Notes under the pieces: model-generated
The model's database searches: none
Seen by the model: only the letters and a program-made list of their open reading frames with translations
Told to the model about the DNA's origin: nothing
Translations under genes and position numbers: made by a program
Origin: Laetmonice hystrix
Taxonomy: Eukaryota
Assembly (NCBI GenBank): GCA_965235115.1
Contig: OZ249451.1
Coordinates: 16,492,001-16,556,000, forward strand
Length of the DNA stretch: 64,000 nucleotides
Direction: 5' to 3'
Shown: in pieces, positions 40,301 through 54,000 of the stretch
How positions within the stretch are numbered: position 1 is the stretch's first letter
Layout: the number at the start of each line of letters is the position of its first letter

Positions 40301-43300
40301 CTGAAATTTCAGAAACCGATTTCCACTTTTCAGAAGCTTACTCTCCACCATCGGCCATGGTAAAATTTCCAACTGAGACTTGGACGAGTGCCCCAGCTGC
40401 TGAAACCACAGAGCAGTGGAGTGACATACAGCCGGATGCTGAAGCTGGAAGTCGGGAGGAAGACCCACAAGTGAGAAGCATGATTCTTGACCGAGTAACA
40501 AAAGATTTGTACAACATACAGCATAGTCTGACATTGGATGGTGAAAAATGGTTGATGGAGGACTTCTACCAAGATGCTGAAATGACTGAACTTGAAAGTA
40601 TGTCAAGCCAAGGGACTCTCGAGAAAAACAGGCTCAGCACAGAGATACAATTTCCTCCTGAGGCTTTGGAGCAAACAACCCGTGACAGTCTGGATGACGT
40701 TAACAATTCTAGTCTGCGGATGGTACCAAGAAAGGTACAATTTTGGGTTCCTGATAGAAATGAAGAGGTCGTGGACCAGGACCCAGAAACAATTGAAGCC
40801 TTTGAAACGGTTGAGAGAAGTCTTAAAGAAGTTGAACAGGCCATGAAGGAAATGGCTGGACTAAGTCCTAGCACAGATGACGAAATGCAAGAGGTCCCAT
40901 CTCAGACAGATTTGCGAGAAGTAACTGATGACCAGTACAATAGTGAGCACACCATAGAAGATGTAGATCAACTTGAAAGCAGTTGTAACGAGGACTTCGG
41001 AAGTGAATTTGAGGATGTTATAGAGGCAGTGGTCGATGAACAGTTGAAAGATGATGAAAGTGCTGAAGCCAAAAGCCCAGTGTGCACGCAGAAGCTAACA
41101 ACTGACATGGGTTTTATTGGTAATATTGCAGTAAGAGATGAAAAAGAGCCTGAAACGCAAATAGTTCCCAAACACTATGTCAGCCCAATCCAGTCATCTT
41201 CGTCGGAATCATTGTCTGAAGAAGGAGAAGAAGTAGTTGAAGTTCCTATTGGGCGCACTTGTGAGGACCTCATAAGAGAGGTTCGAGTCGAGAATGCCCA
41301 GGCTGAAACATTCGTCCAGGATATAGTCAGACAAGACAGCGTTCAAAGATCAGAGCTCTGTATAACTTATGTTAATATCGATGGAAGTTCATCGAGTGAG
41401 ACCGTCTCTGATGCTGTCACTGAGGAATCCGATGGTTCAGTGATTAACATGCACGTGAAAGCGTGGACTCCTGAGAGGAGGCTGGAGGGGAGAGTAGAGT
41501 CACCAAGTGATGTGACGTATGAGACAGGCCTTGGTTTTGAGAACAATACTTTCCTTGAAGACGAACCCGACACCGTTGAAACACTTCCAAAACAACGGTC
41601 TCTGAGCGATGGGGATGGCGACGACGAAGATGAAGATGACATTGAAACAATGAGAAAGATAGAAACGTTGTCATTGTCGCTGTCATCGTCTTCCGAATCT
41701 GATTCTGAGTCAAGTGCCTCTGACGACAGTTACCACAAAATTAACTCGAGCCAGGAATATTCAGCACCAGAGGTGATAGGAGTTGTCCAAACAATCTCTA
41801 GCCAGAGACACGATACACCAGAGAAGAATTCAGATACGGCTCCTGTTGCTGATGATGGCAAACCTCTTGTAGATGAGGAACACAATCTGAATCGATATAG
41901 AACTGTCGCTACATTTTCCCTGAAAGAAAAGGAAACTAACAAACCAGAAAAAGAGCTGACACATATTGGCACCTTTACTGAAGATTTGGACCACTCCACT
42001 GAGACCTCTGCCTGTTCCGATATTCATTACGATGAACCACGTGATCATCACCACCAACCACCAAGTGAAAATTTAGAAACTCCCCCAGGCAGCTGGGAGG
42101 AAGTGCTAGCAGAATCCACCACAAATGTAGCCTCTTTTGAAACAGAAGATGTATTGTCCAAAGAACAAGCGCAAGAATTTCTGCGCCAGATGTTTGGTAC
42201 TAGCCAAAAAGATGCCCATGATCAGGATAATAAAAAACTTGATGTATGTACTGCTGTAGTCCCTGCAGGAGAAGACGGCGAGGTTACCTCAGAGGAGGTC
42301 AGCACCCAGGAAGTAACCTTAGTATTTGCCTGGCCGAAAAAACCAGATGAGGTCATCAGGAAATATGAAGATCCGTACAGAGAAATACATTTGCACCGCG
42401 TGACAAAAGTGAAAGACTTTGACATTGAAGTTGTTGAAGGGCCAACTGTGACAACGATAGAAAGGCCTTCAGTTCCAGCTATCACTCTCGAGAAACAGGA
42501 GGGTGAAGATCTTTCAAAAAAGCTACCAGCAGGTAAAGATGCAATAGTTGTGCACCAGAAAAGGAAAGATACTGTGACCAAAAGAAAGAAACAGTCCAAA
42601 CCAGAGCAGGATACGGTCGGCATGATGACAGAAAAAACTACGGAAAAAGGCAAACTGGCTGCATATAGCAAAGTTGAAGATGACGAAGGTAATGGCTGTG
42701 ACCACTCAAAAAGCAGTGACATGGAAGTTGACCTAGATGAGCTCCTTGCGGATACCTCGGACGTGTCTGAGACATTTAGCGTTGGAGGTGAGCCTGGAAA
42801 GCCTAGCCAAAAGGATGCTTCTGCACAAACAGACAGCTTGCAGCACGATTCATATGCTTTGTATGATAGCCAGCTGAAGCCCAGCTTGCTTGCAATGGAT
42901 ACTGACTCTACGGATGAGGGTTCATGCATGTCTGATAGTAGCCAAGGTGAGCTATGCACGCACACAAGCACTTTCACACAAGGTAACATGGCCCATCAAG
43001 CGCATGCAACCACTGCAAATATACCTCTCTATTCTGAAGCAATTTCTAATAAGAGTGAGCAGCAAAACCTTCACATGCTTGAAGACAGGGATGAACCCTT
43101 TTCCCAATACATAACATTAACCCATAGTAATAGTGCACCTCGCACATCTAACATAACCCTGATAGATAGCGATGTAAATAGTTCGCATGGCCCTATGGTT
43201 TGCAGCATCTCCTCACAGCATCAAAAAGCTTTTAGCCATAAGTCACAGAGCATGCCTAGACCAAAGGGTCTCGAAAACATGTACAGAAATGTGCTGGATT

Positions 43301-44551
43301 TTGGTACAGATGTTACAGTGGTTTCAACAGCTTCACCCATGCCCCTATATACCGTAGGCAGTAGGCTTGATAACTTGTTTAAAGGCAAGGATGTCATTAG
43401 AAAGTGTTGCCACGCACGAGGGTCTGGCAACCAGCTTTTGATAGTCGAGGTTGGGAGTGGGAGATTGAGTAGGGCAGCCCCCTGTGACCTATCAGATAGA
43501 GGGCCAGCATTCAGTATTGACCATTTTTCCAGTAGGCCTTATCACTTTGATGGCATCGCATTGAAGGACCACATCGGAAAAATAGCCTGTGTAAACGTAA
43601 CCTGTGAAATGGGCGATGATGAGCTTGTGCATCACATGGAAACTGCTATTCGGTCAATTCCTGAAAATGCATTGCAACCCCAATGGTGTGACCCCTGTAC
43701 GGAGAATGCAGATCAGATTGATATGGTTCAGTTTGGAATGGCTTGTCCCAATCTCAAAGGCTGTGTGCTTCCCAATGCTAAAAGCTATGAAACTCCCTGC
43801 TTTTATGGATCGTGCAACAAAGACAATATGAACGCAAAGGCAACGACAGGCTCAAACAACCTTCTTCTTGCTGAGGTCGCCCAGGTCACTGTTCATATTG
43901 GACTGTGTGATATACAAGGCCAGAAGGTATGCATTGCCTTTGGAGTATATCACGGTTCTTATAGTTTTCATCTGAAGTCACCATCCGACATCGTGTGCAC
44001 GACATCCTGTGTCATTGCTCAAGTTGCACCTTCTGGAACAGCAATGGCTTTACATGTGTTCGAAGTGAAGTTTTCAAGTGACTTGCAAGGTGAAACGGGT
44101 CAAGGTGAAAACATCGCGGGCGAAGATATTCAGATATCTGAAGAACAGCTAGTATTTGCAGATGAAGAAACATGTGTCTGCGATGATTCCATGCCACAGG
44201 ACGCTACGACAGTAGACATTTGTGGACCTCATACTGCCCTAGTATCCATTGTTGGATCGAGTGCAGATGTCCTGGACACACACAACGTGTTACCCGTGTT
44301 GTGTACTATGCAGACGGATGCAGAAGATGGCTGTGCCCAAGCCGAGTGTCTACATGAGTTCAGTGAAGAGCTTTTGCAGTGTGTTGGAGAGACTGTTGAA
44401 TTGGCTGATAATGGACCGTTGTCCCCTGACCTCTCTCGTCCCGTTTCTGACACAGAAACTGGGAGTGGTCATGGCGGATCTGGTAGTAAGAAAAAGAAGG
44501 GTGGTGATGATGGTTCAAATGAGGACATGAGTGGTAACCAAGATGTAAACC

Positions 44552-44583
<32 letters not shown>

Positions 44584-47500
44584 GGTGGTGGTGGTGATGG
44601 TCGGGAAAGCAGAGGTTCAAGTGGGAGTGGTGCAAATGGTTCAGGTGGTAGTGGAGGTGATGGTGGTGGTGACGACTGGGACAAAAAACGAGGTCATGGT
44701 GGGAAAGGTAAAGGGAAAAAGAAAGATGCTGAAGATGAGGATGAAGACGATGATGATGATCAAGACGAAGAGGGCGAGGCGTCCAAAGCTGACGGAAATG
44801 ACAAAAGTGGCAAACGTGAATCTGGGAAAAGGCAAAAGGTTGGCACTGCAGGAGCATACACCATTGAAAGAGTTTATCATCATCTTTCGTTCAAGCCAGT
44901 TGAGATGCCTCAGAGGAGTGATACTGATGCATTACAGATGGCCCAGGGTCCAGAGCGTGTTGTCCCGATTGTGACGCCCAAACCAATGAAGTCGGACGTC
45001 AGATCTTCGACTGAAGAACAAACCCTCGTCAAAGAGGACCTTCTGACTAAGATGACAGCAGGAGCACGTGGGGGTATGCTGGATGTGAGAGCTATGTTTG
45101 AAGGGATGAATCGTGGGGAAGGATTTGATCATAAAACGATGGATACCCTAACAGGCAGCAGTTTCAAGCCTCTTTTACCTGAACAACCGTTTAGAGAACA
45201 TTGTGTTACACAGGAGAGTGTGAAATACGACATAGAGGAAAGCCAGGGGTATCGTGATGCATCCCGCTGGGAAACGACTAAAAGAATCTCTATGCCAAAG
45301 CCAAAACTTCTTTCTATGAAGCAGGAAGAGACTGACACCTCTGGCTTTCATGAATTCGTGAAACCTTTATCACAGACTGAGCGAACGTTTGGAGAGTCTC
45401 ACGTTGAACGCTTACATAAAGGAGAACAGTATTTGAGACAAGAAGAACAGATAATATCCGAAAAGCAGATGGAAGCGGACGACTTTCCTTCTGCTTCAGA
45501 AATCTTGGCGTCTTTCAGGAAAAAGGCCAGAAAAGAGGAATGCAAGGATCGTAAGGATACCGTAGAAAAGTGTGAAACAGACCCAGTAGGTAAGGGTGGC
45601 TTGAGACGAACAATTATTGAGGTGCATTCGCATGACACACCCGCAGCAGCTCCAACTGAGATAGTCAGCCTGGAAAATAATGAGACGTCATCTCAGGATG
45701 AAAGCACTGATTTCCAAAGGCGAGTGATATCTGACACAACAACGTATAGCAGACAGCAGCGATCCGAACAAAGTACATCTGTACATTCTCAAGCAGCCAC
45801 GGATGGCACTACCAACACAATATATCCTGGCATAAGAGAAGAGCGTCGACCGGATGCGTTACCATCTGAGGAATGGCGTAAGACGACTGACGTTATCAGT
45901 AGTAGACCTCCTGTACATCCATCCAGAAGGAAACCGAGTGACTCCCAGGAGGACGACTCCATGAACATTTTTACTATGGTGAAATACTTGAATAAACCTG
46001 ACAGTGAGACAGTCTGGAAGCGCACGTCAGATGGATCTCAAGAGAGGAGAACGACTAGTTTTACTGATACAGCTCCAGTGGGAATTGTAGTAGACAATCT
46101 GCCTGTCAAAGGGCCATTTGTTATTCCGAGGCACACTGATAGGTATGCCATACATTCACGACCTCTGTGCCATGCTCAGGTACTTCGAGTACTGACGACC
46201 TTTGATAATATAATCAGTTGCCAACCGATTCACCCAGTGCGTGTGCTCTACTTTTGTGCTGTTATATCATATGAAGAAAGTGCTTGTACTACCTTTGGAT
46301 GTATTGATATGGTACAATGCTACGATGGAGTAGAGGATGAGAGTTCAGTGTACAGTGAGTCTACTGGGTACAGCGAAGATGAGTATTTGACTCAAAGCAG
46401 TAGGTCGGAGGCTCTCAGTGAAAGTGGAGGTGACGATGATGCCTTGAGAATATACCATGATGGAAGACTAGTGGCTAAGTTACACAAACAGAGAATGGCC
46501 AGCACAAAAGATGTTGTTGTGCGGAATGAACAGAACATGCAGTCACTGCCCTTGTTGGAATCCTTTTCACCAGTTGTTAGACATCAGAGTTCGAGGGCGT
46601 TTGTTGAGGATAACATTCCTGGGCGATATGCAGAGGAGCGCTATGACACTGAGATGTTCCATCAACAACTTGGAAACAATGCATCTTTGAGCGGAATGCA
46701 CTCCAAAACCTTTAGCCACTACAAGGCAGGAACATGGGATGAGGACAGTGACACACTTCGACGTATGCCCATTAAGGTGGAACACGTGAGTGGGCCAGAT
46801 CAACGTGAAGTAATGTCCATGTCCAGTATGCATGGCGTTGGAAAGGACAAATTTGATGCAGTCATGGATACACTCAAACGAAATATCCTTGGTGTTGGTA
46901 GTGATCGCACACAATCAAGTCCAGCATTTCAGAATCAGTATGAGAGGTACCAAGAGATCCACCCGGTTACACAGCAAATACAACCGCCTTCTTATGAAGA
47001 CATACAAGGTGATGGTGTTCTAAGGGTCTACTACGATGAGAATATGATAAGGAAAATAAAGAATCAACTAGGATCTTCCTATGGAACGACGCTGAACGAT
47101 GATGGCAATGTCCTTAAAGTATACCATAAGGGAAAGCTGGTGGCGGAAATTAATCGTCGATTTGATCATGTGCATTCAGTTCAGGACCAGCCAGGTGAGA
47201 AGGTTGCTCCCATGGCAGGCAGACCTTCTGAACAGAAAGTTGAGTTTAAAATAACTCCATCTCTCCAGCCACCTCAAAAGGTCAGACAGTCCTCTGTGCA
47301 CGTCTTGAAGAGAGAGGATAGCAAGCTTGATACGACGGAGTCTGTGGCAGACAGTATTAGCATAGCCAGCAACCTTGATAGCGAAGATGAATTTTTCTTT
47401 GAAGAATACACTGTTGAACACAAAGTACCTATCGGTGATGATGTCATCAATGACGTTGGCGAGCCACGTGTAACAGAAATGATTTCTACACACTCCAGGA

Positions 47501-48002
47501 ATAGTGACGCTCCATACAAGCCTCCTGCTCCGGCCCCACCGCCCAGGTCAAGCAGCACACTGAGTGCTAAGCGGTATGCTGAGGAAGTGGATAGGATCAT
47601 GATCGAAAATAGAGAAAAGGCTAGAAAGGCTGCAATAGCAAGACAGCAAAAGGAACTCAGGGCTCAGAAAATACAAACTCATTCTGCACGGGTTAAGAGA
47701 ACAGAGCCTACAATTCAACAACCTCCAGTGAAGGTATCAAAACCGGCTACATTTACCAGGCCAGTGCCTCCATGGAGGCAGCAAGGTCCACCCCTAGAGA
47801 GCCAAATACGATACAAATCGCCGGAGAGAGACATTGACACCTTTTCAGAATGTAGCACCAGCAGTTGGATGACTGAATCAGATTCATCAACAGTCACAGA
47901 AAATCGAACTCCTGGATCCTCTCCCCCACCATTCATGTATCAAGCTGAGGTTACAAGAAGAGAAGAGACAGCTCCTAAGTTGCCGCCATTCAGAGCCCCG
48001 CC

Positions 48003-48045
<43 letters not shown>

Positions 48046-51000
48046 CCTCAAGCATATACTCTGCCACATCAGTATACAAAGGTTACAAAGACCTCAGCGA
48101 AGCAAGATTCAAAAATGTCAGTAATTGATGATATAAAACGACAAATTGATGAGATGTACTCCAGCCTAACAGCAGATAGGCCAAGTAGGAAACCTGTCCC
48201 GAAGTATGCCAAGAGGCAACCTGCTGCTCCCAAGCCTGCATTGCCAAGCACGCAGAAGGCCAAGCTAGTTGAAGAGGTCAAGAAACATCTGTATGAACTG
48301 AGGTCACAATCTAATCGGCCACTTACTCCAGAATACAAGGCTGAGCTGATGAGAGAAATCAAAAGGCGCATTTATGAGTCAAGGCTCCAGCAGATACAAA
48401 CTAGCAACCGGAGTATTTCTGCAGGGCATCGTTGGCTTGAGCAAACCCAAAGAACCAGGGAAATGGATGAGGTTTCAGAGGCAGACAGCACGGCAAGTTG
48501 GACGACGGTGGCCAGTGGAACAACAGCTACAACAGGACGAAATACTCCCTTCAATGAGGTGACAGTAATTGTTGATCCATATGAAGACCAGTTTGAGGGC
48601 AGATACCCAGGCACGTATCCAGCACGATACCCAGTTGATCCAAGAGATCCATCCAGGTACACTGACGTGTCTAGTCACAGTAGCTACAGTGACCAACATC
48701 ACAGAATGTCAACATTTAACCAGAGGCCCAGACAACCGGCCCCTGTAAGGAGGGATGCGTATAACCAGTATCAGAGAATGCAACAAATTCAAGGTTATCA
48801 GAACTTTCAAAACGTGCAGCAAATGCAAGGCACCAGCTATAGGTATCAGCAGCCTCAGGTCGAACGGGCTCCTTCCCCTGATCCCATTTATATTGAGCAC
48901 GTTGAACTTCAGGAAATAGCTCGACAGGATGTAGAGAGACCTTCATTGCCACCTGAGCAACCTGATCCTGAATATGTTGAACAGGTTGAACTTCAAGAGT
49001 TTTCACGCCAAAACCTTCAGCCATCGTCTGCAACGATGAAACCTCAGAGAGCAAATAGGATATCTTGGTCAGGAGAGCCGAATGCAGCACCTCTTTCAGC
49101 GAGAGGCAAGACGAGTTCTTTGCCAGTCCTGCATGGAGACATCTACGATAGTATGTACCGTATGCTAGCAAGTGCATCCACACCTATTGAGGAGGAGCAA
49201 GTATATGATAACCTTCCAGGACATGTAGGCTATGCAGGCACTCAGCCAGGCGATGCAAAGGACCAGGGATATGAAGTTATACCGGCAATGACCAGTGCAG
49301 AAGCTCGCCTTAAAGCACAAGAGTATATTCGGTCTGCATACAAGTTCATTAATGAAGATGCTGATACGTATGATAATTTACCAGACAACCTCCCGGTACA
49401 GAGGACAATGCCCCAGAGACAGCAAGCCAGCAGGATGGACCGGTCCAGCGGGCGTGGACGGCAAGGGACCAGTGTCGGCCAGGCGTCCCATCAGACTATG
49501 CGGCAGGAGGCTCACAGAGGCAGGACAACGTCTACTGGAGGTTATGCAAGCACAAGGGTTGGAAGTCCACCTGGCACAGTTTCACCGACACCACCACCAT
49601 ATAGCAACATCATGAGAGGTAGGGTGGGTAGTCCGACGTTCGTCGAGACAGATCCAGATGCAACGTATGACAACCTCGCATCTGTAAGAAGAACCATACC
49701 CAAGGGATCAATGACAATGCCAGCACAGGGTTCTACACGTATGTCATCTCAAGGTGTAGCAAGACAGATGTATTCTGGGACACATGGACAAAGGAGTCAA
49801 CAGTCTGTGCAGAAATCAGGGCCATCTCAAAGGCAAGTAACAACACAAGGACGTCATACTTTGCCACAAGGTATGAGCAGTCAAGGGGTGTCAGGAATGC
49901 ATGTGGCTTCCAATCAAAGAATGGCCTCAAGAATGACAGCTTCACAAGCCTCCGCTTCAAGAGCAGGAACATCTCGCATGATGCATTCGCAGGGGTCAAG
50001 TACTGACAGGTTAGTGATTGAAAACCCAGATGAACTTGCTAGCAGGGAGCGGTCATCCAGTACAAGCAGTTGTGCAAGCTCTATTCCGCAGGTAGACCTT
50101 GACGCGCTTGATAAGCTTCTTTTGGAGATAGGTTACGAAGGTGGTCACTTTTCTCCAAATGGTAGCTTAGTTGAGGATGACGGAGCTTATGCAACTATAC
50201 CAGCACATACAGTGACAGGTACTTTTTCAGAAAATAAGGTATCATTTGACGGTTCATCCAAAGATGACATGTGTGCTGGTGTTCCTCATTTTCCTGTTGA
50301 TGTTTTAGATGTACCTCCTGAACTGAAACTTCAGACTCATCCTAAATTATTAAGGAGCGATCGTGATGAAATGCTTAAACGTCTTGAGCAGGTCCGAAGT
50401 GTTGCTAAGGTAGAGAAACGCTCAAAATCCCAGTTGCAAAATGAATATCGATCAGAGTTGAAACGCTATATCCAGGGACTGACAGCGCCTCAAGTTAGTG
50501 GTGTGCAGAAAACAGAGCCAGGCCCGAAGACAGAAGAACACGACATATACGCTACAGTGGACAAAAGCAGGACAAAATCAAGGACAGCAACACCATCCAA
50601 CACAGCCCCATGGAATCAGAGAGAAAAAGATTCACATCTGTCCTCCTTAGAGCATTCACAACAATACAGGCAGGAACATGAAAAACTAGTGCGGCAAGAA
50701 CAGTGCGAAGATTACAGTGAAGAGGATGTGCCCGTATATGAACGACTGACCGAGTTTCAGAAACCTACACTGAAGCAGATTCATGAGCACAGAAAGAACC
50801 TGAAGCCCTCTCTTGAAGTCATCAAAGGTATACACGATCAGAAGAAGCTGCAAACGGCATTGAACCAAATGCAACAGCAGCAGGAGATACAAAATCAATT
50901 TTCGAAGGCAGCTATGTACACAGAACGATATGGCAAAGTAAAGTCTGGTTCAAATAAGACCTCAATGCAGAAGACCAACAATATGAGGCACAGGGAAAGG

Positions 51001-54000
51001 GAGGAACAGCCAGTACAGACACAGAACATAAATTATAGTCAAGACGTTCGTCACTTTGACAGATATTTTGACCAGTATCCCCAGCTGAATACTCGCTTTT
51101 GGGAAGAAGAAAGGAAAAGCATGCCAACTTCACGGGAGAGTACGTCACAATCATGGCGAGAACACATTGCTCAAGCACCACCTCTACTCAAGCCGTCTTC
51201 AAGTGTGCCGCGAAGAGAGACTCAAGGAGTTGAACCAGGTCCAGCGCCGTATGATGAGTCGCCGATGTCCTCCCCAAAAGGTCAGCATCGCATCCAGCTA
51301 GAATTGCAGCTTGAATCAATCAAAGAGGAGTCACACTTCTCTTCTGATTCTTCTTCCGATGGTCAAGGCTGTCTTGCTTTGCCCCAGGTGCTTCAGAAAT
51401 ATAATTACACATTCCCCAAAATGTCAACTTACAGCACACACACACAAAAACATAGACAAAATATCCGTAATAAGCACCAACTGCACCATAATTCCAGACA
51501 GTACAATGCATCACAAAAATTCCAAACACTTCCCCCCTCTAGACTGTCAGATATTATAGAAGAGTCTGATTCTTCACCAGATCGCAACACGGGGTCGTCT
51601 GACAGTGAAGGTCACCGGTTTGCATGTCATGAGAGGCATCGTGACGATAGCATTGAATCTCATCCAGTTGACCTCACTGACACAAAACCAGGCAGTAGCC
51701 TGACACAGGATCAATCTATAAAAGACCTCATTCACACCATGGAAGACTATTATTCAAGCTCTAGGACCACAAGGTCGAATAGCCGTCAAAGAACTTCAAC
51801 ATTTGCTCATGCAGGTAAAAGAGAAGTGATTGACGAACCCTTTGATGCAGGTAACACTCGTACCATGTCAAGGTATTTTTCAAAATTGCCACAGGAGAGT
51901 TGTAATGATTCAATGGGCTCTTCAAGTGGTAAAAGTAGCCCGAAAACATATATTTGGCGAACCCCTGAGATGGAACGAGGCATTATCATAAAGGGTTTTA
52001 TTTACGAGCAGATCTGTTACAAATTTAATGAAGCATGCCTTCAGGAAACATCTAGATTCGTGTTAGAGATTACCAGTAGCCCTATGGATTGTTTCGTAAC
52101 CGCATGCACACAGCAAATAGGATACCAGATTCCAGTTAGACTTCGCCTGGCAAAGCGCCTTCCGAGTTTGCCGAGTCAGCAAGATGCAAGAAGTTACTTT
52201 GATGCTGGTATCTCCCTTGCGGAAGAAGGTTGCCAACATAGTTGGGTTGTGCAAAATATTTCAGAATGCGTTTTGTTTGCATGTGTTCCTCTGGTTTCTG
52301 ACACCGTTGCCTCACACAAAATGGCTTATCTTTCTAGGGAAGTCATAAATATAAAGCCCCAAGAGGGGGAGAGAGATGAAAGAAAGAAACATTATGGCCT
52401 TGGCACATCCATTATCAATCAAAGAGCTTATCCCATGGAAAGTAATGGATCAGCCAATACCTTTGCAGTTCAACATAAGATTCAACCTATTGAACCCAAC
52501 CAGTCAAATTCCCTAGCTTCTAACGAGAGACCAACGCGTATGGTAGATATGTATTCTGAGAGAACTAATATGTATGGGTTCAAAAATTTCCAAGTGGACG
52601 AATGTTCATCACAGACTCTCACAGAGACAGAAACAGCTCAAGTCGTATGTGACGAGTGTGCAAAGTCTCGAAGTGTTTTTGGTGAGACAATATGTAGTAA
52701 CATATGTCATGTTAAAGCAAGCAGTGAAGAAGCTATATCCGATCTCTGTGCATGGTTGCAAAAATCTCAGCCCCAGAAGAGATCAAGTAGTGAAGGGCAG
52801 CTTCAGGATATCAAATGGTCAGACACAGAGTATCCCCAGGGTAGAGACAGTGTGTTAACTGACGGACTGTATACATACAGCAGTGAAAGCGCTATATCCG
52901 ATGTATATAGTGATGACGGGTCTTGTAGCCCTGATCAAAAAGAAAGTGAGTCTGGTTCACCATGCTTGTATTCCACAGCGCAGTCACCAATCTCATCTAG
53001 TGACAGTGCAGTGCAAAGTCTACAGAGTCTAGCCATCAGTCCTGGACATTCTCGGACCATGCTCAATGATTACATGCCTCTCAGTTACTCAAATAGGATC
53101 CTAGCAGCAAGCAGCGAGAGTGCCATAGCCGATATTTATAGAGGATCTTCTTCAAGTAGTGACAGTGTGGTCGACAATCTTCAAGAAGTTGACGTGTCGA
53201 GTGTTACGGACATCTACCAGCGCATTATGTCGCTTACAGAAGGCATCGATTCGACTATATATAAAGTGATCGAATCAGAGGCTTCGTTAGATACATCTGC
53301 AAGTATGGAGGATGTCAGTGATCATGAGGAGATTTCTGCTTCAGGTCGATCTTTGGATTGGGGTTACAACGAGAGAAAAGGAAATAAATATGAGGGAAGA
53401 TTAATAGCCTCAAATGGGGAATATGCAAAGGAGAAAATGTCAGATGATGCCAGTAAATGCCACAAAAAAGAGGTAAAGCTTGCAAACGATTCAACTAAAA
53501 AGGTTTTCATTGAAGTAGATAGGGAGCAGGGAGTGGTAGGCGATGATGTGAAAAACATAGGTCAAGAATCAAAGACTTCAGGCCATGTAGAATTAGCTGA
53601 TACCATTAAAATGCCCCTGTCCAAGAGAGAGACAGAACGTGATATAGCAATTCGAAGAAAACCGCAAAATGAGGAATGGTGTCAGCAAACGTATGACCCT
53701 TCAGTTATACGATATCGGATGCCAGTAAATACAGAGGAACGTTTTACGAGTGTTCAGCATGACACTGGGAAATGCTGGAACATCAGGAAAGTCGAAAAGG
53801 TAACTTTGAATAGGATCCCTTTTGATGCAAAGTCAGAAACTACGGAACGTCATGTACTACGCCCCCTTTTGGAACAGGACTCAATTACGGCTAGGGCAGT
53901 GGATGCAGCGCCCCACATTTCTCCAGAGACGAGTGCATCATTGTTAAAACGGAAGGATATCATTCCAGATGGTAAATCACGACCCAAGAAAGACATGAAA

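Noticed and set aside
42222-42989. 255-aa antisense ORF and many shorter antisense ORFs inside the giant exon
   Set aside because: Shadow ORFs expected opposite a long coding frame. They are S/V/F/L-rich with no independent gene signals.
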